From positions 19,034,001 to 19,098,000 of the forward strand of contig OZ241833.1 of NCBI GenBank assembly GCA_965202585.1: 64,000 nt of DNA, given 5' to 3'. Numbering within the stretch: the first letter of the stretch is position 1; each line of letters opens with the position of its first letter. Both the position numbers and the translations under genes were made by a program. Positions 12,661 to 26,550 of this stretch are shown piece after piece. The notes beneath the pieces are model-generated. The model made no database searches. It was not told the DNA's origin and saw only the letters and a program-made list of their open reading frames with translations. The stretch is from Thalia democratica (Eukaryota).

Positions 12661-15600
12661 TTGACCTGATTTTTATTAACTACCATAATTAATAATATTT
12701 TAAAATTAAAAGAATAAGTTGCATGTTGAAAGTGGTGTTTTGAACAGTATTATAGTATTAAACTTTATCTTCAGATTTTTAGTTAAAAAAAAAACACAAT
12801 AAATATAAAAAAAGAAAAGATGTTATGGTTTTTTATACGTAAAGTACAAACTTTTCAAAAAGTCTTTTATGTTTTAAACTTATTTATTAATAATTTTACT
12901 GAGGAAGTTTGAAAAATACAGATAATTTTTTATTTTGTATTTTAATCTAGATTTTTTAAATTTAATACGTTGTGTACCATAGCTAAGTTTTATGAAAATT
13001 TAAAAACTAATTGTGGACACTGTGAAACAATGTAAACTAATTTAGTGCACTGCATAGTAAAGTTTATTGTATACAGTTAACTCAGAACTATTTTTGATTC
13101 AGTTTATAATGCTCTTTGGTTTTATTGTTTATAATTATAGTTATTTGTATGCATGGTTTTAATTTATTAAGTTGTTTTTTTTTTCTTATTTGCAAATGTA
13201 TGTAAATAAAGAATTAAAATATTATTTAAAAATGTGCTTTTTGATTTTTCGTTTCATACTTTCTATATTTTTTTTTAATAAGTTTTTCTGTTTAAGTTGC
13301 ACAACTTTTGATGCATAATTTCAATATTGTTACACAATAAGCAGGAATGATAATATATGTATTTTATGAGCTAAAGTTAGATTATTTTCTTAATTAAACA
13401 AAGTTGTTAAGACTTTAAGGAGGCACTTAAAATAAGACAAAATAAGAATGAATAACTTTTTCATTTTATAAACAAAATCCAATAGGAAAGCTTTGCATAA
13501 AATTTGTTTATAAAAAAGATTCATCATAAATACTACTAAAACTAAAACGTATAGTTTACTCGATTAATTATAATTTTTTTTTTAATTATTAACTTGACCA
13601 ATGATTTTTATTGTGTCGAATAATTCAAACAAATACTTCAACTATTAAATGACTTAATTTAGTTTATTTCAATCACTTTTCTATGAAGATAAAAATTTAA
13701 AAGAGTAATAAAAATGTAAAAATCTAGATTTAGACGTATTTATGACTTTTAAAACTTATCAAATATAAAATATAATATATTGAGTTTATTAAAAAAAGTA
13801 TTAAACAAAAACATGGTAATTCAAAGTAATATTTTTTATGTATTTTTAGCTATTTACTCTATGAAAAAAATAAAAATAATTTATAAGGTTATTTAAACGG
13901 AAAAACTTTTTAATGTTTTATTTTCTATGTAGATTATTTGCCATACTAAAATTTAATTAGGTTACACTACTTAAAAGCTATAGTAATTCTAAAGCTTGGA
14001 AGTAGTTTATTATTTTAAGTTTTTTTTAGTTTTTGATTTTTCTAAGACCATACTTTTGTAAGACTTTAGAATGGTCGGTGCATGTAGTGTATAATGATCT
14101 AATACCTTAACCAATACATAAAATTAAATTTATAATCAACTGAAAAACTACATTTTTCTTTTCAAACTAAAACTAAATTCTTATCCACAATAGCATAATG
14201 ACGCAGCTATATCACTGTTATATCATTGAAAATTATAGATCGTTAACTTTTTGTTTGGTTTGCATAACACAAATAAAAAATAACGACTTCTAAATTTATT
14301 TCAATAGCATTGAAAAATTAATACTGAGCTTTTGACTATTTTAAAAGGTTTTAAACAACGAAAAAAAAATCTTGAATTTACATCGAATTACAAATAAGTA
14401 CTCAATCTGATTATGAAGAAAGTTTAGTTTTTTTTAAAGCTTACTTGATGTTTATTTTCTATAAAGTAAAAAAAAACATTGTAATGTTTTCAAAATCCAT
14501 TTAAATTGCATATTACTTCTGCTTGCATTACTAGAGTGATTGTGTTAATCCTTAAATATGTTTTTTAAACAAGCTCGTTTAAGAATTTTATACATTAACT
14601 TATAACTTTTCGTTTTATATTCATTAATTGACTTTCATACTAAAAAAGGTTCAAACTAATTCCAGTTTTAGCTCAATTTAGATTAAAGTTTTGCAACAAG
14701 CTTGACAAACTTGCTTTTTAACTTTACCTGCTACTTACTATTTTTATTTGTAACTGTTTACTCATTAAAAGATATATAATATTCATAATATCAAAAACCT
14801 CCAAATTGATGTATGTGTGATAAAAAATATTTTAACCACAGTTTTAAAAACTTTCAAAAACCCGTTATAATTATCTCTTAAAAGCTTTTAAAAGGTAACA
14901 ACTAAATTTGTGTCTTAAAATATAAGTAAATCAATTCTGACTAGTAATAGATTTTTTTTAAATTTAACTAGTTCTTAAATAAGTTACTTACTTATTGAAA
15001 AATTTTAGTTGGTATGTGCTTTGCTAAAAACAATTCAATTTTGACATTTGATGAAAATGTAACGGAGTTTCAAAATTGGCATAAAGTTTGAATCATTAAT
15101 GAAATTTAACACTTTAAAATCAACATTTTAAAAACAGAAGATTAAATAGAATTATAATGAAAGTATAAGTAAAGTATAAGTAAAACTTTATCCCAGCTAC
15201 TTTTAATGTTACTTCAAATAACAAAAAACATTGTATAAATTAGAATTTAACACAATTCTCAAAATATAAAACATTTTTGCAATTCAACATTTAGAGTTTG
15301 TATATTAAAAAGTAATGTAACTATATGCTAATTAACTTTTCAACTTTTTTAAAAATTATGTACGCTGTTGACAATTAATTATGTAAAACAAAGTATACAT
15401 AAAACATGATCAAGAGTATTGTACTTGAAAATTGGTAGGTATACATTAGCTGTTTGTATTTACTTGCGGGTGTTTGTATAATGTAGAATATTTTTATTGA
15501 CTTACTTTGATTCTACAATCTTTTTTTTAAAGGTAAGTGTGAAAAGAATACTTTTTTCTGAAGCTAGCCAAACACTCGAAGTTATAATGTTACAAATTTG

Positions 15601-17619
15601 TAAAAACTTTGCTGTTTTAGTATAAAGTTACAACGTAAACCTTATTACTTAAAAATACTTAACATGCTAAGCTTTAGCTGATTCATAAGTGATTAGATAC
15701 GTTTTGTAATTTTATAACTAGTCATAAACTTGTTTGTAGTTGTTACAACAATTTTGAAAATTAAATTTACGATTTTATATCAACATTTCTAAAATGTTAC
15801 CAAACCCTTTTTTCATTATGTGGTATAAAATATTTTTAAGGTGAAATATCACTAAATAATAATCTGTTATCTATGTATTCAAGTATACAGATTTCAACTT
15901 TTAAAATATACCTAACTGAAAGTATATACTTAGGAGCTGACTTCAGAGCTACATTTTTTTGAGTTTTAAAGTAAGTTAGCTTCGTAACTAATAGATTAAA
16001 AAAAAAATATTTTTGTACAATGAGTTTTAATTTACGACAAAACTATTTAATTAATTTATAAGATATACTGCAACAACACAGATAACTTTTGCTAAATATC
16101 CTTTTTATTTATTTTTTACGAACAATTGAACATTTTTTAGACAGGCTGCTTAAACAAACATTTCTGTAGCTTTAAAAATATAAAAATACTTGATGCTTAA
16201 AAAAGTATTAAAAAAAACGTTTGCATTTATACAAAAATAGTTCAATTTATGAATAAAATTTATGAATTATACCAAACTATTAATCCTATCTCTTAAAAAA
16301 GCAAATTAATCAAAATAGCCGAAAAAAATGTTTTGAGACCGAATTTCTAAATTGTAACTAAAATTATCCTGCTCTACATTAATATAGAAATAGCAAATAC
16401 ATGAATACATCAAAAGAATTGTTAAGCACAAGCATTTATGTATTTTTTGTAATTTCTTCCCTTTTAAATGATATACTTTAAAGAAAATTTAGTAAAAATA
16501 CTTCTTTTAAGGAAAAAATATTTAAAAGTTTTAATATTTTCTACCGATTTTAAAAACCTACATGTAGATACAAAATTCAAGTATTTAATTTAGAAAATAT
16601 AACTAAGTACAATACTTTTTATTTTAAATAATTATTTTAAAGTCTAAAAAGTAATTTCAACCGAGTTGTAATAATTTGCGGCCGTAATTTTGATTATTTA
16701 GAATCGTTTAACACCAAAGCTTTAAACAGTGATGAAACATGTGTTTTTAATACGAAAGTTTAAAAAGCTATATGAACTAAAAAGCTCAATCTATCGTAAA
16801 AAATTAGAGAGTTTTAATTAACAAGTTTTTAAAATAAAAAGGCAAAAATTATTTACAACCTTTAGTTTTTAGATATTTTTATGATTTTCCTTAATAAAAA
16901 AGACTAAATTAGAAATTCTTTTAAGACTCAAAGAATCTAGAACATTTAACTTTTATATGTTCAAAAAACTATGTTTATTATTAATCAATAAAATATTTCG
17001 TTTGAAATTTAAAATTATCTTATTGAAAATAAAGATTTAAAAACTGTGTTGTCACTATAATAAGTATTTAGAACTTAAAGTAATTTATTTTAAAAGTTAT
17101 TAATTTTTAAAAGCTAGTTAATTTAATGTTAATTTAAAAAACTTGATACTCAGCAAAGTCAATAAGGCGTGTAAACGTAGTTTTTTGACCTTAAAACGTA
17201 CAATAGATATGCATGTTAAGGATTAAACTATCCTGATTCTGCTTTTTAGATGTTATATTCAACACTAAAATGTTAGATAAGTTGAAGTATGTTTTGTTAT
17301 ATTTGTATTTTTAAAATTTTCATTATTAATCAAAAAGTTTAATTTTTCATAAAATACATTTAGTTTGCATTTTTGTTTTCTAAAGTTTTATCAAGTATCA
17401 AAAAACAAAAAAAAAACTTATAGACTAAAACTCGTAAAAATAAAATTACATTTTTAAATATTACTTTACACAAGACAGTCTTTTAATCAACTTAAAATAC
17501 ATAAAAAAAATTAAAGAGCTTTTAGTGTTATGAACTTTATGAGTTAGTTTGTAGTTAAAAAAAAACAGTTTTAAATAGAAACTTTAAAACGTCAGTCTGC
17601 CTTTAATTGTGAAAATTCC

Positions 17620-18300
17620 TAAAAAAGAGCTATTACAGTATTTACGCATAAACATCTATCACCACCTCGGCCGTATACCTTTTATCTGATCAAAGTATTA
17701 GCCGTTTAGCCAAGAAAAACAAAAGACCCGTGCCATAAATATTGTTGTTCTACGGTCTCTCCTTGTGCGCTTTGCTGCCTTAACCGCATCGAGAAGTTAA
17801 AAGTACAAGTGCCTTCTCTATACCCGCTCTGATACGCGCAAGTGAGTGCCAAACTCAAATGGGGCGTTCACGTCTCCTGGCTGGATTTGTGGTGCGCGGA
17901 AGAGAAAACTGCCCGCTGTCGTCGTTGGAGGTAGAAGGCAGGCCTTCAGACGGCTGAAATGCTCAATTACAGGACTTGCGAGTCAGAGGGGCGTTTAGCT
18001 TGATCGGATGATCGGAGCTCATCGTAATCACTTGGCATCGTGCAATCGATACTCGTTATGATAACCATCGTGCGGCGCATTTGGTTGCAGCCTTCCTTTT
18101 AAATCACTCAAGCTGATTTTGTAGTTTGAAGGAGAGCACAACAAAAAGGTAGGCTTATACGTTTGTAAACATGAGGCTGGTTTACAAAAGATGATTTACA
18201 GTTCACAAAAGATTAAGTTAATGAGGGACAAGTAAGTTTAGCATCACTTCTGCGATAACAATTGAAGACAGTACACCTGTTTAGTCTTTGTAAATAGAAG
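17620..18300. promoter_or_regulatory. Large GC-enriched noncoding island (candidate distal enhancer or ncRNA exon)
   Basis: About 700 bp of high-complexity sequence; no ORF of 60 aa or more in the track; no transposon signature recognised. Confidence 0.35.
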
Positions 18301-20713
18301 ATTGAGATCAAAACAATTAATTGATAAATAAATGCAAGAATTTAAAAATTGATAATTTAAAAAACGAAATAATAATAAAAAAAAAAGTAGATAATTGAGT
18401 AGATAATTTTAAATAGTTTTGCTTAGACTTGCGTTTACATATACGCATAACGCTAAAGTAAAACTATACAATTTTTTAAGGCTATTCATATTTGTAGCAA
18501 TTATTTAAAACAAAAATGTTTCTAAAAGTGGGCGTGTTAAATAAATGACTATGGCTCTTCATATTACGAAACTTATTTTAATTTAGCTTTTTTATAATAA
18601 CATTAGTTTTTATACGTTTATTGTAATAAAAGTATTTTGTTAAGATAGTAGTTTAATAACATTTATAAAAAAGTCAGTTTTTGATTTAAAATTTATAGAA
18701 AATCATATTAACATTTACCTTGTAAACGTCAATCTGAATAAAAAAAAGCGTTTATATCATCTGTAGTGATAAGATACATAAACAACAAATTGAAAAAAAA
18801 AAACTTTGATTAAACCTGCCAAATTACCATATGAAGTGATTTATAACTTTTTTAAAAGTAAAGTTGTGCTTTGTATTTTGATCAGAATTGTAAAAGATAT
18901 ATAGACTGTGCAATGTACACTTTTTGATACATACATGAATCATAAAACAAATGTTTTTTAAAACACATAGCAACGATATAAAATAATGATTTAACGGAGA
19001 AAATGGAATACATAATCATCCATTTAATTGTCAATTTAAATACGTAAAGTCACGTTAATGCCTTGTAATTGTTTTGTTTATGCACGAAATTTTAATCTAT
19101 TGAAGTTTATCTTCAAGCTGCATTCTAAAGGTATCAATTTGTAAAAACTTTATTTTTTACGTAAACTAATAAATATAATTTTGAGTTTAATTACAAACGA
19201 TGGATTGGAAGTTTAAACTTATATAATTAAGGAATAAAACTCTTTTTTTTTAAATTTTGAGCTGTGAAATATTATTAATTTCAATACTTGAAAGTAAACT
19301 TTTTTGTAGTAAACTTTAGACTTTATTTTATTTATTACTCAATTAAGACTAAATAAAGAAGTTATAGGAAAGGTTCATGTTGGCTGGATTTATTGGTATG
19401 GTAAAATGTTTAAATGGAAAGTTTTACTAAGTATTTTGTTTTTATTCCGAATGAACCGCTTATTCATGGGCGAGAAACATGTTTCAAAACACTTATGCGA
19501 ACCAGTAAAACAGTTATAAGAACTAGTAAAACAGGTATGAGAAACAGTTTAAAAAATAAAGACATAAATAATATTTAAATTTTTAATCTATCTTACCCAA
19601 AAACTAAACTAAAAAATTCAAGTTATAACTAGTTAAAACTTAAAAAAGACTTGACATAACACATGAAGCTAAGGCTAACTACTTATGTGTACACCTAACT
19701 AAACAGTACATACACTTTCTAATGACCGCTGAAGTTTTACTCTTTTTAACAGTTCATTAGGTCAAAGGAAAAATAAAAACAAAAAGTTTGAAATTTTTAC
19801 GTAAGATATCAATTATTATCACTAAATCTAGTAACCACATGTTAAATTTATATCCTAATGCAACTATTGAAAATTTCGAAAGAAGTTATATATATAAATT
19901 TAATTTTTGAAATAAACTAAAACTTAGTTTAACTTTAGTCAATATAAATTAAAGTTATATTAAAACAAAGATTAAACATGCAATACAAAAACTTTTATAA
20001 AAAACAGAAGTTACTTAAAAAAAATTAAAAAGAAAATACTGTTTTTTCGGTGGGCAAACATAAGTTGATCTATTCCTAAAATACATATATTTTTGCTTCA
20101 AAATTTGCAGTATTTTTCTAATTACATTTTGAATAACTTTTCATTGATAATATTTTTTCAAATGAAATCTTCTACTCAATCTCTGTTTTTTCACTGTTCT
20201 TGATATATGACATATTCTTTAAATTGTTTTTGCTTTTTAAGGTATAATTTAATTGCTTAAATATTCTGTCAATTAATAAAAGTCAAAGTGTTTTATTCTT
20301 GTAGTTATTTCAGGTAAATATTTAAAATGAAAATGGTAATTATTTTTCTTTAGTTGAAATAAATAAACAGGTTAATGTCAATAATTTTTGGTTATTTGAG
20401 TTAATAATTTTTTTCTTATATATGCATGCATCTACATAAGCTTTTTTTTGCATAACTCATTTAATTCACTTTACTAAACACAAATCTATTAGTTAAATGT
20501 AAAAAATGTTTTGACACTTGAAAGATTTCATTATTGTAAAACGTTTACACTCACCAATGTCTTTTAATTAAATGTTTATGGTTAGTACATACGACGTCAT
20601 TGCTTGAAAGCTTGCTTAAATGATGTAAATTTTTTCAGTTAATCTTTTTATAATCACTTAATGGATGGTTTGACTGGTTGGGTCTGTAACTGGTTAAATA
20701 AATATCTTTCTCG

Positions 20714-20788
20714 GTTGAGTTTATACACAAACTAATAACAAAAATGATAAAATGTTTAAAACAAAACATAATCAAAGCTAGGTTAATA
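20714..20788 (-). repeat. 3' LTR core of the Gypsy element
   Basis: Ungapped direct repeat of 25671-25745; 58/75 identical by manual alignment. Confidence 0.65.
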
Positions 20789-23700
20789 TCATACATCTCA
20801 GCCAGATTTTATCTTCAAAGGAGATGAAACGATACATTTAGCTAGCAAATTAAATCATTTTAAAATAAGTTGTAAACTTAAATACAGTTTAAGTGCTAAA
20901 GATCAACAAAATTAAAATTTAAATAAACAAAAAACACTAAAAAAGTTACAATTAACTTACTTTACAATAAAATAAAAGCATAAATATAAACTGCAATTTA
21001 AACAGGTTTTTAGGTAAAACTTTCGGCATCTTAGACCCTTCTCAGGGTTCTTACACGACCGGAATGACACAGTTTATTTTGTGGCGACACTACATCGTCA
21101 ACAGAATCTCTTTCAGATAACCCGGATTTATTACTTGGATCAAAACGAGACAATACCGATTTCTCTGCTTTCTAGATGATTGGCTTGCACCCATGCAATT
21201 TGAGTCCTCAGGTGAAAGGAAGCTAGCTGGTTCTGCATTGCAAATCTTGTTATAGTTAACTCTAGCTTTGAAACTTGTTCCCTTGTGTAGGCGCATGACA
21301 TCAAAATTTACCTTGGAATTTCTTTTCTAGTCACTACCAGAAAAGACAAACTTCTGAAGTGGTATGCTTGCTTTTCTCAGATAAGTGATACTGCTTAGAG
21401 ATTTGCAACCAGGAGGATTAAACTTTCTTAGAAACTTGCGATTTCGAACAGTTAAGCGATCGAACCATTAAGCTTGACAACATATTGGTGATAACTTTTC
21501 AATTCCACTATTAATCCATTTTTCCCCGACTTGTTAGGAAAGTGACCTGTTTAGTTTTGAATCATGATCACCGCAATTCAGTGGTGGCAACGATTTGTGT
21601 GCTCACTTAAACTTTCGAGTGACTTAACATAACGAAACCTAAAAGCTACTTCCTTTTTACTCCATGCATTACGCCACGTATTTGAGATCTGTGGGTTATT
21701 GTAAGCTATAAAACTCTTTCTGATGTAAGGTAATAAGTCTTTTAAATTCGTCCTAAAAGGATCTGTGCAGGGGATAGTTTGCATCCCGGATAAGGCGTAT
21801 TTCTCTGCGTAAGTAAAGCTTGTACCATTCTGTCCTTATTTAGTTTACCATATGGGCCAACGTTTTCCGTTAACAATCGCTTAGTGGCCTTTACTACTAA
21901 TTCCGCCCTACCGTTTGACATAGGATGATATGCAGATGTCATAAGATGGTGTATACCTCATCGTTTTAGAAAATCTTTGATAACTTTTGCAAAAAAAAAA
22001 CTCTGGACCTGCATCTGAAGATATTTTAACTGGAACACCAAAAGTGACAAAAAACGACGCATAGCCTTTTTTAAACAAGATTCATTTGTACCTAATTCGA
22101 TTTTTTATTGTTCTGTCTAACCTGAAAGTCTGCAAGCAGCTACAAAATAATACCACCCTTTGAAATTAAAATAACCACAGACAATTGATTAAAAAGGAAC
22201 TTTAGGAGTCAATGGTTCAATTGAAGGTAGTCGAGGGTTGCTTGGTGCAATTAAGTTACAACTATTTCAATTTTCCCGATAAAGTTGAATGTCATTTGCT
22301 ATTCCCGGCCAATAAACAATCGCTCTTGCTCGCTTGTTCATTGCAGTGATCTCATGATGAGCAGAACGCAGCACTCTAAGATCCAGTTTCTTAATGATGA
22401 AGGAATAATTATTCTACTCACATCATCCTTAAGTATACTGCTAGGTGGTAGAAGCCTATTATGATTCAGTTCTCTTTTACGATCACCACACATGATGAAC
22501 CCATCCATCATAAATAAAGAATAGCGAATTATACTCATGCAGTTTTTATGGTAAGTGGTCTTTGGTCTCCAGAAAACCAGCTTGATTATAATTAACAAGC
22601 TTCATCATCTGTTTATCTTTCATTAGTTTCTTTTTAACTCGGTCAAAAGTCACAGCTTGAAAATTGTCACTTACTTGATGACTTGCTATGATACACTCAC
22701 TGTCTGGTAAACGCATCCCAGGTAAAATTTCAGAAGCACTTATCTCAACTTTATCTGTTGTTTCATAAATGGTTTCCACTGGATAGCATGACATTGCATC
22801 TGGAGCAAGGTTTACAGGTTTATGTAGAATATTTAATCGCCACAAAAGACTTCTCTGCTTAAACCGGAAAAGGTTCAACCGGGGATTTGCAATCTCATCA
22901 AGTGTTCTGTTTCAAAACAATTTTACCAGTGGTTTGTAGTCAGTCAGAACCAGGAAATTATCACATCCTTGTGTAAGTGCCCAAACAATCGCAAGGCTTT
23001 CTCCATCTACTGCAGCACAACTTGATTCTGAAGGTCTAAGACAGAGATAGCCTGCCAAAACAATACGCCATCCAGTTTGACAATATCCTGGCACAGCAGA
23101 GCTACAAAAGCAATGTTTCTGCGACAAAAAACAACCAATACCAGTTGTGGATCAGTCTGGCTGTATACAAGTGGGCTTTTCCAAATCGAAAACTTGTGTT
23201 CCCTTTGTTGTGGCTGCAACTATAACTTCTTTTGATTTATAGGGTGTATCATCTAGCTCATTTTCCCGTAGAACCTAGTTTTGGGACTTAGAAATGGTTT
23301 AAACACAGTCATCAAAGATTTTAACTTGTTATAATAAGAAACTTAATGTACTAAGCTAAATTAGTACAGAAGGATGTATAAACTTTACTTGTGGCTTAAT
23401 TTCAGATTTAGTAATAGTAAATCCAGCAAAATTCATTTATCTTTGTGCAAACTAGAACTTTTCAGTATTGAGTACAACTTCATTTTTTGCCATTAAATCT
23501 AAATAGTCAAACATATGCCTGTAATGGTCAGCCAACTTCTCAACTCATAAAACAGTGTCGTAAACGCATTTATCCTTCTATAATCTATTTTCATTAATTC
23601 TTCTGTCAATCATAATTTAATCATACCTACGCGTATATGGATCTCCACTAGCCAAATAACCTTGTAGTGCTACTTTGTAGTAGTACCTTCCATATGGAGT

Positions 23701-25670
23701 AAGGAATATTGTGAGATGATGATCTTCGGGTCAAAGTTGTACTGAATTCCTTTTCGATGCATCAGTCACACTTTTCCAAGTGTTTGCAGGAAATTTTCAT
23801 ACTTGAATGATTGGAAGTTTCTCGTACACAATACTTATTTAAAGGTGAGAGGTCAACAAATCTTCTATATCTACTATCAGTTTTAGCAACCACAACCATA
23901 CGATGTACCCAAAAAGACGGAACACCTACTGAAGTTTTACCAAGTACACCTAATCTATTATTCTTATCCAAAGTTTCTTTTACCTCATTTTTTCAATGTT
24001 TTGGAATTTGGGAAGCTGTTGATATTGCTTTAGGAATGGAATCTTGGACAATATGGAATTTCAAAGATTGACCTGTCATTTCTGAAAGCAATTGGTGAGT
24101 ACATCTTTTAAACGTAGATGATGCGTACCTACTCAAAAGCCAGTCTCTAATGTTTTTTGATTGCTTGCAGAAATGCAAGGAAATGGTAATTCCTTTGGTC
24201 TATCAGGAGGAGGAGTTCTAGGTATACAATCACAAGTTTGCAATTCTTCATGGATAGTATAAGATTCAATGGTCGCACCAATTCGAGAAAAATCACGACT
24301 TATTACACCAAGTTTTATGCAGGCATTTCTTGAAAGTAAAAACTTGTTCGTACATGGGCTAATATATACCATTACATTTGCTAAATGGCATTTACCTTTT
24401 ACATCTTTAGCCATCAATTACATAAAGATAGCCCCAGTTGTTTTGATCTGTTCTCTGTTGGCCGCTACTATCTTTTTTTAATTGGTAGGATATTTGACTT
24501 TTTAAAAGCATGTTTCAGGTAGCCATCAAGGTCCCATAAGCATGACTGTGCACCCGTATCTGTAACAACGTTGATTTTGCAACAATTTTGTCTAGGGAAT
24601 CCTATGTCTGAGTGTATTTGAGTGTATGCTTGTTTATCATAACATCTTTCAGTTAAATTGTAGGATGCTTCAGTGATATCGGTTCTTTCAACCGACTTAA
24701 AGAATCGAATTTGTAGTGATCAAGTTTGACTACGTTATACTATCATTAACATCAATTTCCTTATCAAAATTTTGTGTATATGATCCACCTACTAGAAGTG
24801 CATTTGTCTCATCAGCACATTTGTTGTCACCTTAATTAAAATTTTCCTGGGTTTTATCTCCAAATAAATTTTTCATTTGATTAACTACACATTGTACAAG
24901 TTACTTTACCACTTGGTTTTTGTGTGGTTTTCCTTAAGAATTTGTATGAGAAAACTGAGGGCCGTAATAGCAGGTTGTCTCATTGCGTTATGTGCCATCT
25001 CTTTTGCTTAAAAAAACTGATTGTCTCATTGACATATTTCTCATCTAGACTTCCCCATCCTATCATCTCTTTGTAGATATACTCATCTGCTAGAACTGTC
25101 ACCATAATATATTTTCTGATTATGTCTGTAAAGTCTATTAATTGATTACAGCCATCCTTCGGGCAAGTACAGGTGTAAGAGCATGTACTGACTTTTTTTC
25201 TTTAAACGGGCAGCAAATTATCTATTGTTTTAAGTCAAATCCTGTCTTGTACTAAGAAAGTCTGATTGTCGAACAACAACTAAAAACGGAATGACTGCAA
25301 GCTGCTTGATCATCTTTGAGAGCTCTCACACACATCGCCTAGATTTTCATCACAGCACTGGTAGAATAGACGACTATTTTTTGAGTCTGTCATCTCTGTG
25401 CTGTCTTTAAACATAGTCGGTTTTCGCAAAAATGTGTTCCATACCTCTTCATTACAGTCTCTCCCTATTTGAGGATGGTCCATTTTTGGAGGCTTTGGTT
25501 TTGAAGAACTTGCATTAATGTGAACATTGTTTTGTACGATAAGCAAAGAGGCAGCTACAGAAGCATCGACATCTGGTGTTTCATATGTGCAACTCTCAAG
25601 AGGGCATTTAATCACAGGCATTGTTGACTAAATTAAGTAAGACTTTATCATAAAAAAAATATATTTCTTT

Positions 25671-25745
25671 GTTGAGTTTATTCACGAACTATATACAAGA
25701 ATGATAAAGTCTGTGCAACAATACATACTGAAAGTTAAGTAAATA
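25671..25745 (-). repeat. 5' LTR core of the Gypsy element
   Basis: Direct repeat of 20714-20788, lying just upstream of the gag ATG. Confidence 0.65.
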
Positions 25746-26428
25746 CTTATGCCTGATCTTAAGGTATCCTTTTCCCTGTTTCATATTATTTATTCTCTGA
25801 AATTGTGGATTTAAATAAAAAATAGTTTTAAGATACTTTAAAAATCTTAGTATAATTCTGTAAGTTTCAATTTGACATTGAATTATTTACTTTGTATAGC
25901 TAGTTAGTAACAAAAGCGCTATAACAAAGCAACATTAAATAAACTTGTTTGAAATTTTCTGAGATTAAACTTAGTTTAATGTATTGCGATAAGCAAAAAA
26001 AAAAAGAATGGATTTTATATACTTTGTATAAAATTCATTGTTTTAAGCTGATCTAGATGAGTTAGAAAGTATTAACAGTTTTCTTTATAGTTTACAGTTT
26101 ACTATAATTCATAAAACTTAGCCAACTTAAATAAAGTATACATATTATACAAAAACTGTAAAACAAAAAGAGGAATAAGAAAAGTAAATGATTAAATATA
26201 TAATTTAACGCTTTTTTAAGGTTATCGTAAAAAATGTTTAGCCGAAAAAATGTTTTAGTGCTTATAAACAAAAATTTTTAGTTTAAAATGTATAAAAATT
26301 ATTAAAATATATTTTTTACTGTTAATTTTATAATATAAGTAAATGAAAAAAATATATATAAACAAGGGAGCCGCTTTCAAGTGAATAAATTTTTGATCTG
26401 TTTAAATAAACACATAATTTTTTCCTAG

Positions 26429-26550
26429 AGTCTTGGACAAGATGTTAAAAGGTATCCGTGGTGTGCGACTTCGATAACCGAAAGGTTCTTCGTGTACAAG
26501 GTCCTAGGACCAAACAGTTTGAGCGTTTTTTTTGTCGTTCAATAAACTAT
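26429..26550 (+). repeat. SINE-like dispersed repeat, copy 1
   Basis: About 120 bp, roughly 80-85% identical to 39284-39405. GTCTTGGACAAGAYGTTAA resembles the CCTTGGGCAAGACACTTAA motif of tRNA-derived SINEs; T-rich 3' part. Confidence 0.55.

Larger units (their letters stand above)
20666..25760 (-). mobile_element. Decayed Ty3/Gypsy LTR retrotransposon (gag-PR-RT-RH-IN), many stops and frameshifts
   Basis: gag-like start MPVIKCPLESCTYET (25621 leftward). Protease VVTDTGAQSCLW near 24540-24580. RT segment VHRMVVVAKTDSRYRRFVDLSPLNKY (23762-23971). RNase H-like segment AAVDGESLAIVWAL (22912-23127). Integrase SAYHPMSNGRAELVVKATKRLL (21742-21942). Integrase lies after RT/RH, the Gypsy order. Outer boundaries are approximate. 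Confidence 0.9.
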
